The notes below the pieces were generated by a model. That model saw only the letters and a program-made list of their open reading frames with translations. It was not told the DNA's origin and did not search any database. Made by a program: the position numbers and the translations under genes. A stretch of 10,294 nt of DNA from Gemmatimonadota bacterium (GTDB lineage: Bacteria; Gemmatimonadota; Gemmatimonadetes; Palauibacterales; Palauibacteraceae), in assembly GCA_039588275.1 (NCBI GenBank), contig JBDHAC010000095.1, positions 1 through 10,294 on the forward strand, in the 5' to 3' direction. Of this stretch, positions 1 to 7,442 are shown one piece after another; position 1 is the stretch's first letter; each line of letters opens with the position of its first letter.

Positions 1-248
1 GGCACGTTCCAGATGTACCACAGCCGCCAGATGGCCCAGAAGGCGACCGATATCACGAGCACCCGCCGCAGCGCGCCCAGGAGGAGATCGTCGAGGCGGG
101 TCGCCGTACGCTCCGCGATCCGGCGCGCGTAGCGGAGGACCCAGCGCCCGAAGATCAGATAGACGGCCGCTGCCAGCAGAACGATCCCGAGGCTCTCGAG
201 TAGCCGCGGGCGCGCGAACTGCCAGGCCGCGTCCAACCAGTCCTGCAC
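1..248 (-). CDS. Probable MscS-family mechanosensitive channel, N-terminal part (runs off the left edge)
   Basis: Hand translation from GTG at 248: MQDWLDAAWQFARPRLLESLGIVLLAAAVYLIFGRWVLRYARRIAERTATRLDDLLLGALRRVLVISVAFWAIWRLWYIWNVP, open to the edge. Two hydrophobic helices separated by T-x-T-x-L-D-D-x-L-L, typical of the N-terminal TM region of longer MscS proteins. In-frame TTG at 290 is an alternative start. The channel core is outside the window. Confidence 0.6.
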   Translation of the reverse strand, partial: MQDWLDAAWQFARPRLLESLGIVLLAAAVYLIFGRWVLRYARRIAERTATRLDDLLLGALRRVLVISVAFWAIWRLWYIWNV

Positions 249-459
249 AGGGACCTGAGCCAGGCCCGACCCCGGCGCTCTTGCGTTCAAAACCGCGAGA
301 ATGGAAGTGAGTCCGATCTGCACCATGCGTATAAGGATAAGGTGTCCCGCCAGCTAGCGAGAGGGATGGCCGGCTGGCGCGCGGGCACGGCTGTCGCGCG
401 GTATGGCCGGCGAGCAGGTGTGGCCGACACAGGCCGGTCGGGACGGTGGCGCTCTCGAA

Positions 460-849
460 TCAGGCGTTGAACGCCGACAGCCACCCCAGCCGGGCGCCGA
501 GGATCAGGAGCACGAGGATGAGGAGGTCGACGGCGGTGCCGAGGCGCGCCTCCGGCCAGCCCAGGATGCTCAAGACGAGCGAGAACGCCGCTGTCCAGAC
601 GGCGAACGACGTCCACCACGCTTGCGATGTCAGACACGCGAAGCCGGCGACCACGAACGCGAGCGCGGCAATCAGCCACAGGACGCCGAAAGCTCTGATG
701 CCCCGATCGCCCACTTCGATGGCGTCGGCCAGGAGGGTGGTCTTGTAAGGCGCGTCCTTGACCTGGCCGATGCCCCAGGGCACGACGAAGCCCACGAGGT
801 GGGAGAAGCCGTGGATCACGAAGACGATCGACAATACCCAACGCAGCAT
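460..849 (-). CDS. Small integral membrane protein (about 4 TM helices, HGxxH motif in TM1), function unknown
   Basis: 129 aa, strongly hydrophobic, with IHGFSHLVGF in the first helix and LWLIAA..F and WW...A....SL motifs. Starts 48 bp after the response regulator stop on the same strand. Confidence 0.8.
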   Translation of the reverse strand: MLRWVLSIVFVIHGFSHLVGFVVPWGIGQVKDAPYKTTLLADAIEVGDRGIRAFGVLWLIAALAFVVAGFACLTSQAWWTSFAVWTAAFSLVLSILGWPEARLGTAVDLLILVLLILGARLGWLSAFNA

Positions 850-897
850 GCGGGCCTCCGGATCAGACGCCGTGCGGACGCGGCGACCCGGCGGGTG

Positions 898-2316
<1,419 letters not shown>

Positions 2317-2398
2317 CGATGCACGAATGCCCTATCCAGATTGGAGGCGGCACGGTGCGCCGGCGCCCATCCGTGTCTCACCGGCGCTTTTCGCCTGA

Positions 2399-2414
2399 TG
2401 CGGGTGTCATGCCG
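2399..2414 (-). promoter_or_regulatory. Candidate sigma54 -24/-12 promoter for the response regulator
   Basis: Minus strand reads CGGCATG-ACAC-CCGCA (GG at 2413-2412, GC at 2401-2400, exact GG-N10-GC spacing) versus consensus TGGCACG-N4-TTGCW; about 85 bp upstream of the start codon. Confidence 0.4.
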
Positions 2415-2533
2415 GGACGGAAAGCCAACCGGTCTGGGCCGTAACGCGTTGCAACTAAGTATCTTACGTCCATGACCGCGGCTCTGATTCGGAGCCGTGG
2501 AGGACGGCAGGCCGGGGCGTGTCGCGGCGCCTG

Positions 2534-2550
2534 CGGGACATTATGCCCCA
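2534..2550. promoter_or_regulatory. Palindromic regulator-binding (enhancer-like) site, copy 1
   Basis: CGGGAC-ATTAT-GCCCCA, an imperfect inverted repeat with a 5-bp AT-rich spacer; similar sites occur at 4922-4938 and 6083-6099. Confidence 0.55.
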
Positions 2551-2608
2551 AAGTGGGCGGGCGCGCCAGAGCGGGCCCGGGAGGCTGCAGGAGGACTCGG
2601 GCGATGTG

Positions 2609-3682
2609 CTACGCGGAGAGTGGTAACTCGATCTCCACGCGCGTGCCGCCATCCGGTTCGCTCTCGATGTGGACCCTGCCTCCGAGGATGGCGGCTCGCT
2701 CCTGCATACCGAGGATCCCGAGTCCCCTTCCGCCGAGTATGGGGTGGTCTTTCATCGAGAACCCGTCGCCATCATCTTCGACGGTCGCGCGGACCGCGCC
2801 GTCCAATGCCGAGAGGCGGATTTGCACAGTCGTCGCGTGCGCGTGTCTGACGATATTGGTCACGGCTTCCTGGATGATTCGGTAGAGCGAGAGCTTGCCC
2901 TCGACGGAGAGCAAGTCGTCAATGTTGTCCGCCTGCAGGTCGGCCTCCATGTCGGACTCCCCGAACACGTTTCGCAGGTGGGCTCGGATCGCGGCCACGA
3001 CGCCGGCTTCCTCCAGCGCCGGCGGCCGTAGACCTCGCAAGATCCTGCGAACGCCCTCCGACGTCTCGTGCAGCTCGCGGTGGATCTCCGTCAGCAGTTC
3101 CTCGCGGCGATCCTCCGTGGGAGCGCGTCGCGCCATCTGGAGCCGCAACAGGATCGAAGCGAGCCGCTGCGCCGTATCGTCGTGCAGATCTCGGGCGATG
3201 CGCTGTCGCTCCTCCTCCGCCCCCTGCAGCACACCGGCGCCGAACTCCCGCAATCGCTTGCGGGACGTGATGTCGTGCACGGTAGCGACGATGAACACGC
3301 CGCGGGCGGTGCGCAGCGGGCTCAACCCGACTTCCACGGGCAGGTGGCTGCCGTCCTTTCGGCAGGCGATGAGCTCCATCCCGATCCCCATCGGCCGACG
3401 CGACGGCGACTCCGCGTATTGACCTCGGTGCGCGCGGTGTTGCGTGCGCATCGCGTCCGGAACGAGGACCTCGACCGAACGGCCTACAAGCTCGTCACGG
3501 GCGTAGCCGAACATGCGCTCGACCTCTCTGTTCAGGTCGAGGATGACTCCCGCTGCATCGACAATCAGGCAGGCGTCAGGAACGGCCTCGAACAGGGACC
3601 GGAATCCCTCACCGCCGAACGGGACCTCGGGCCCGATCGTCTGCTGTGCGTCGCCTGTCGGGGACTCGGTCTTGGACGCCAT
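2609..3682 (-). CDS. Soluble PAS-domain sensor histidine kinase (PAS + HisKA_3 + HATPase_c; NarX/UhpB/NreB-type core)
   Basis: PAS (FEAVPDA, MFGYARDELVGRSVEVLVP, RKDGSHLPVEVGLSP, VHDITSRK); H-box EERQRIARDLHDDTAQ; N-box YRIIQEAVTNIVRHA; EDDGDGF and GLGILGMQERA G-boxes; GGTRVEIELP. No TM segment. ATG at 3682 preferred over the track start at 3736. Confidence 0.95.
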   Translation of the reverse strand: MASKTESPTGDAQQTIGPEVPFGGEGFRSLFEAVPDACLIVDAAGVILDLNREVERMFGYARDELVGRSVEVLVPDAMRTQHRAHRGQYAESPSRRPMGIGMELIACRKDGSHLPVEVGLSPLRTARGVFIVATVHDITSRKRLREFGAGVLQGAEEERQRIARDLHDDTAQRLASILLRLQMARRAPTEDRREELLTEIHRELHETSEGVRRILRGLRPPALEEAGVVAAIRAHLRNVFGESDMEADLQADNIDDLLSVEGKLSLYRIIQEAVTNIVRHAHATTVQIRLSALDGAVRATVEDDGDGFSMKDHPILGGRGLGILGMQERAAILGGRVHIESEPDGGTRVEIELPLSA

Positions 3683-3804
3683 CGAGCCTGTACACGGGCA
3701 GCCTGACAAAAACGATACGGACCCCGGACAGCGCACCCGCGCGCCCGGGGTCGTCGAGTTAGAAGAACGTCGGGAGGGTGGGACGAACTGTCAAACCGAG
3801 CGGA

Positions 3805-4728
3805 CTACGTCGTCGATGCCGCGCCGGCCCCAGCCGCGCTCGGACTCGGTCGGAGATCCACCCCGAACGGCTTGACCGTCAGCACGGGACACGGGGTCCG
3901 TCGGAGCACGCCCTCGGCGACGCTGCCGAGCAAGACCCGCTCGAGTCCGGAATAACCGTGACTCGGCAGAACGATCAGGTCGTGGCCACCCCGCTCCGCG
4001 AAGTCCGTCACCTCGGTCGTGGTCCGCCCCACCTTGACGTGCGTCCCGACCTCGTGAGTCGCACGCAGTGGCTCCGCCAGAGCTTCCAACCGATCTCCCG
4101 CGTCCCGGCGGACTGCCGTCGTCTCGAGAGCGGCCGAGAACGGAACGTAGAAGTCGGGGTAGGTCGGCACCTCGACGACGTGCAGCAGGTCGAGCGCCGC
4201 ACCGAACGTCCCGGCAAGCTCGTGAGCATAGCCGACCGCCAAGGCGGTCTGCTTGGAAAAGTCCACCGGTATGAGTATGCGCTTCACCTCTACCTCGGTG
4301 GCGGGCTCTTTCTTCTCCCGAACGATCAACACCGGGCACCGAGCCTCTCGCAGGACCTCCTCGGCCACGCTTCCCAACAGCAGCCGTCGGATCCCTCGCC
4401 TGCCGTGTGACCCGATCACGATGAGATCGACCTCTCCTGCGTCCGCGTAGTCGAGGATGGCGGGAGCCGCCGCGATCGCGCGCGTGACGTGGTGAGTGAC
4501 GCGCCCCCCTTTTGGCTCGCGCGCCGTCGCCTCCAGAGCTTCCTTCGCCGATTCCTCGCCCGGGAACGGCTCGATCGCCTCGATCGCCGATGTCGCGTGC
4601 AAAACGAGCACGTGCAACAGCTCAAGATCAGCGTCATGCAGTTCGGCGAGGCGGATCGCGTGCGGCAATGCACCCTGGGCACACTCCGAGAAGTCCGTCG
4701 GGAACAGGATTCTGTGTAGGTCGAGCAT
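3805..4728 (-). CDS. Universal stress protein with two tandem USP domains
   Basis: From ATG 4728 (AGGAG RBS upstream on the minus strand), 307 aa: RILFPTDFSECA...LLHV...DLIVIGSHGRRGIRRLLLGSVAEEVLREARCPVLIV, then RILIPVDFS...LLHVV...DLIVLPSHGYSGLERVLLGSVAEGVLRRTPCPVLTVK. Confidence 0.96.
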   Translation of the reverse strand: MLDLHRILFPTDFSECAQGALPHAIRLAELHDADLELLHVLVLHATSAIEAIEPFPGEESAKEALEATAREPKGGRVTHHVTRAIAAAPAILDYADAGEVDLIVIGSHGRRGIRRLLLGSVAEEVLREARCPVLIVREKKEPATEVEVKRILIPVDFSKQTALAVGYAHELAGTFGAALDLLHVVEVPTYPDFYVPFSAALETTAVRRDAGDRLEALAEPLRATHEVGTHVKVGRTTTEVTDFAERGGHDLIVLPSHGYSGLERVLLGSVAEGVLRRTPCPVLTVKPFGVDLRPSPSAAGAGAASTT

Positions 4729-4821
4729 CGGTCTCTCCTGATTCCTGTCGGCGGCGAGGCCGCGAGAGGGCCGCCGCGTCCCGAGCAGGCCCGTATATGC
4801 GGCCCCGGCACTTCCCACCGC

Positions 4822-4837
4822 CGCACCTCGCGTACCC
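4822..4837 (-). promoter_or_regulatory. Candidate sigma54 -24/-12 promoter for the USP gene
   Basis: Minus strand reads GGGTACG-CGAG-GTGCG (GG at 4836-4835, GC at 4824-4823; GG-N10-GC), a good match to TGGCACG-N4-TTGC; about 95 bp upstream of the USP ATG. Confidence 0.5.
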
Positions 4838-4863
4838 GCTTTCACCGGGCGCGGCACCAGCCG

Positions 4864-4890
4864 TAAGTGTATTATTGAAAAGCGTTTGAA
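4864..4890. promoter_or_regulatory. AT-rich tract, possible IHF/DNA-bending site
   Basis: TAAGTGTATTATTGAAAAGCGTTTGAA in a very GC-rich background. TAAGTGTATTATT matches the IHF consensus YAANNNNTTGATW with 2 mismatches and lies between the candidate sigma54 promoter and the palindrome. Confidence 0.4.
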
Positions 4891-4921
4891 TGGATGCGTA
4901 GCGGACTCGCGTTCACCTGTG

Positions 4922-4938
4922 CGGGACAGAACGCCCCG
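4922..4938. promoter_or_regulatory. Palindromic regulator-binding (enhancer-like) site, copy 2
   Basis: CGGGAC-AGAAC-GCCCCG in the divergent USP/DUF5335 intergenic region. Confidence 0.55.
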
Positions 4939-5059
4939 ACCGCGGGCGTGGTCCGGTGTGAGGCCGCGACGCTCCGGAGGTGTCCCTCCTTGGAGGTACG
5001 GTTCGTGGCTGAGAGGAGCGGCCCACCGGACCGGCACGCCAACCGGAAAGACGCCGGAC

Positions 5060-5392
5060 ATGGTGAGGACGATCCCGAGACGGGAGTGGACCCAAGCACT
5101 CGACGGGTTCACGCAACGCAATGCCGGGCGGCGCACCTCGCTCGAGGTGGACGCACCCGGAATCGGGACTCGTTCACAGCAGCGGCATTTCCAGCTCCAG
5201 GGCGTGGTGTACGATCCGCGAGACGAGCGCATCGAGATCATGCTCGGTGGGTTCGAGGGGGTGGGCCCGCATCTCACGCATACCCTGGGAGATGTCGAGG
5301 CGGTCGATCTCGTGACCGATTCGACCGGCCGTGACACGGTGCTTCGCATCGCCCAGGCCACTGGCCAGACCCTCCTGCGCATCGAGCTCTAG
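5060..5392 (+). CDS. DUF5335-like small protein
   Basis: 110 aa from ATG 5060: MVRTIPRREWTQALDGFTQRNAGRRTSLEV...LQGVVYDPRDERIEIMLG...HLTHTL...GQTLLRIEL. The IP..EW...LD.F, L.G..YD and HLTH pattern is recognised from memory as DUF5335-like. Confidence 0.8.
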   Translation: MVRTIPRREWTQALDGFTQRNAGRRTSLEVDAPGIGTRSQQRHFQLQGVVYDPRDERIEIMLGGFEGVGPHLTHTLGDVEAVDLVTDSTGRDTVLRIAQATGQTLLRIEL

Positions 5393-5423
5393 CACGCAAC
5401 AGGTCCAACCAGGATATGCGATC

Positions 5424-5975
5424 ATGGTCACGCTGCACGATATCATGTCTCTCGAAGTCGAGACGGTGACTCCACACACCACGTTACGTGAGGTCGCCGA
5501 GTTGTTCGCCGGCCTTCACATCAGCGGAGCTCCAGTGGTGTCTGGCGATCAGGTTGTCGGCGTGTTGTCGGCGACGGATCTCCTCGGGTTCGACGCCGAG
5601 TCCCGGGGCGTTCCCACCCGCAAGGAATCGCGCACCGGCGAGGCATGGGAGGATGGCGATGAGTGGCACTCGGACGAGGAGGCGCCCGCCTCCTTCTACG
5701 CCGACTTGTGGGCGAACGCGGGCGCCGACCTCACCGCGCGCCTCGAGGTGACGGACGCCCCTGAGTGGAACGTGCTGGAGGAGCACACGGCCGAGGAGTT
5801 GATGACTCGCAGCGTTTGCGCGCTGCCATCCGATACGCCGGTCAGGGAAGCGGCCGAGTACATGCTTCGAGCGAGCGTGCACCGCATCCTGGTCATGGAC
5901 GACGAGGAGCTGGTGGGGGTAGTGACCACGACCGACATCGTGAAGGCCGTCGCGCAATACGGTCTCGGGGGCTGA
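5424..5975 (+). CDS. CBS-domain (Bateman module) protein with an acidic insert
   Basis: 183 aa from ATG 5424 (AGGA upstream): DIMSLEVETVTPHTTLREVAELF..ISGAPVV..VVGVLSATDLL and ELMTRSVCAL..TPVREAAEYM...VHRILVMDDEELVGVVTTTDIVKAVA. Confidence 0.93.
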   Translation: MVTLHDIMSLEVETVTPHTTLREVAELFAGLHISGAPVVSGDQVVGVLSATDLLGFDAESRGVPTRKESRTGEAWEDGDEWHSDEEAPASFYADLWANAGADLTARLEVTDAPEWNVLEEHTAEELMTRSVCALPSDTPVREAAEYMLRASVHRILVMDDEELVGVVTTTDIVKAVAQYGLGG

Positions 5976-5987
5976 ATCCGCGCCGCC

Positions 5988-6040
5988 TGGTCGCGCGCGG
6001 CCACGGCCATCGGAGGCGACCCCGGGGCGCCGCGGCGCCC
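5988..6040 (+). other. Two GC-rich inverted repeats after the CBS stop (possible RNA hairpins or atypical terminator)
   Basis: TGGTCGCGCGCGGCCA (5988-6003, near-palindrome) and the perfect 16-bp palindrome GGGCGCCGCGGCGCCC (6025-6040); no U-tract follows. Confidence 0.3.
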
Positions 6041-6082
6041 GTGCCGGTATCGACCAGAACGCCCCTCCACGCCCTTCGCGAT

Positions 6083-6099
6083 CCCGACAGAATGTCCCA
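6083..6099. promoter_or_regulatory. Palindromic regulator-binding (enhancer-like) site, copy 3, with a weaker partner site at 6050-6066
   Basis: CCCGAC-AGAAT-GTCCCA (reverse strand TGGGAC-ATTCT-GTCGGG). TCGACC-AGAAC-GCCCCT lies 33 bp upstream and shares CAGAACGCCCC with copy 2. Confidence 0.55.
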
Positions 6100-6186
6100 C
6101 CCACCGCGCCGCGGAGCTTGCGTCGCGGAACCCACAATTCCGCGCCGCTAGCCGCGATCTAGGCGGTCCACAGGAGCTCGGACCCG

Positions 6187-6202
6187 AGGTTCAAACCGTG
6201 CA
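6187..6202 (+). promoter_or_regulatory. Candidate sigma54 -24/-12 promoter for the ackA-like operon
   Basis: AGGTTCA-AACC-GTGCA (GG 6188-6189, GC 6200-6201; GG-N10-GC), about 80 bp upstream of the GTG start and 97 bp downstream of the palindrome centre. Confidence 0.4.
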
Positions 6203-6283
6203 CACCCCCGACGCGGAGCGGCCACGCGCCGGGGCTCGGACCCGACGAGCTCGTGGCCGGACGATGCCCGGAAGGGGGTTGGG

Positions 6284-7399
6284 GTGCGCATTGCGGTCCT
6301 GAACATGGGTACCGCGAGCGTGAAGACGGCGCTCGTCGACATCGACTCGAACGGGGTCGACGTGCTGGCGCGTCACCGCGTCGAGATCGGCGCCCGCGAG
6401 CCGGCTCAGGCCGCCAGCGAGGCGCTGGATCGGCTCGGAGCGGGACGGCACGACATCGATGCGGCCAGCCACCGTATCATCCATGGCGGAACACGGTACA
6501 CGGCGCCCGTCGTGCTCGATTCGACGCTGGAGGACGCGCTCCGAAACACCGCCCCGCTCGCCCACCTCCTGAACGCGGCTGCGCTGGCGGGAGTGAACGT
6601 AGCACGCCGCTTCTTCCCGTCGGTCCCGCACGTGGCGGTCTTCGATACGGCGTTTCATGCCTGTCGGCCGCTCGAGTCCCTGTACTACGCCCTGCCGCGC
6701 GAGCTGACTGATTCGCTCGCGTTGTACCGGTACGGCTTTCAGGGCATCGCCCACGAGGCGCTGGTCGAATCGCTCGCCCGGTCTTCTGGGGAAGCGCGCG
6801 AAGGCGTCTGGGCCCTGACCCTGCAGCTAGGCGCCGTGTGCTCGGCTTGTGCCGTTCAGAACGGCCGGTCGGTGGAGACGTCCAACGGCTTCTCGCCCCT
6901 CGAAGGGCTGGTGACGACGACGGGCTGCGGCTCGCTCGGTCCGGGCGTGTTGATCCACCTGTGCGCCCAGGGGTATCCACACGAGTGGATCGAGGAGCGA
7001 CTCACCCGGCGCGCAGGGCTCCTGGGGCTCGCGGGGTGCGAGTCGGTTCCCGAGCTTCTGGAACGTGAGGCGAGGGGCGAGGAGCGGGCCGCCCTGTCGC
7101 TGCGAGTGTTCATTCGCAGGATCGTCCTGACCGCCGGCGCGTTCTTCACCGTGCTGGACGGTCGGGGTGCCCTCGTGTTTGGCGGCGGCATCGGATCGGG
7201 CTCCGCGGAGATCCGCCTCCGAGTGGCCGAGGGCCTCTCGAGCTGGAACGTGCGATTGGATGGGGCCCGGAACGAGGCGGGACCGGGAGGGCTGATCTCG
7301 ACCGAGGGAAGCCGCCCGGTGTACGCGTTCGAGACCGACGAAGAGCGGGCGATCGCCCGAAGCGCGGCCCGGATCCTGGAGCTCAGTCCCGTCCACTGA
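6284..7399 (+). CDS. Acetate/propionate kinase-family (ASKHA) protein with a degenerate active site
   Basis: LNMGTASVK, HRIIHGG, VAVFDTAFH, YALP, RYGFQGIAH, SVETSNGFSPLEGL, ALVFGGGIG and TDEERAIAR align with AckA motifs, but many catalytic residues are substituted (see findings), so the ackA symbol is withheld. Confidence 0.9.
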   Translation: MRIAVLNMGTASVKTALVDIDSNGVDVLARHRVEIGAREPAQAASEALDRLGAGRHDIDAASHRIIHGGTRYTAPVVLDSTLEDALRNTAPLAHLLNAAALAGVNVARRFFPSVPHVAVFDTAFHACRPLESLYYALPRELTDSLALYRYGFQGIAHEALVESLARSSGEAREGVWALTLQLGAVCSACAVQNGRSVETSNGFSPLEGLVTTTGCGSLGPGVLIHLCAQGYPHEWIEERLTRRAGLLGLAGCESVPELLEREARGEERAALSLRVFIRRIVLTAGAFFTVLDGRGALVFGGGIGSGSAEIRLRVAEGLSSWNVRLDGARNEAGPGGLISTEGSRPVYAFETDEERAIARSAARILELSPVH

Positions 7400-7442
7400 T
7401 CCGAGCGAGAGGTGCCGGGTCCGCAGGAGAGGCGAGTCGAGG

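Noticed and set aside
383..397. Good sigma54-like match GGGCACG-GCTG-TCGC on the plus strand
   Set aside because: Points antisense into the membrane protein and regulator genes with no credible sense gene downstream; an antisense transcript cannot be supported from sequence alone.
3732..3747. GG-N10-GC element upstream of the kinase (CGGGCGC-GCGG-GTGCG, minus strand)
   Set aside because: Poor match in the -24 box within an almost pure GC stretch; likely chance.
3920..3980. Second USP domain has PSHG instead of GSHG in the ATP-binding motif
   Set aside because: Variation at this position is common in tandem USPs and the rest of the motif is intact.
4875..4890. Possible FNR/FixK box (TTGAAAAGCGTTTGAA)
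   Set aside because: Does not fit TTGAT-N4-ATCAA in spacing or right half-site; no convincing FNR box was seen in the intergenic regions.
4729..5382. 217-aa N-terminal extension of the USP ORF in the track
   Set aside because: Overlaps the divergent promoter region and the DUF5335-like gene on the opposite strand; a clear AGGAG RBS supports ATG 4728.
6165..7429. Near-identical 12-mers GGTCCACAGGAG (6165-6176) and GGTCCGCAGGAG (7418-7429) flanking the ackA-like gene as a possible insertion scar
   Set aside because: One mismatch, partly made of an RBS-like AGGAG, over 1.2 kb apart and with no mobility gene nearby; compatible with chance.
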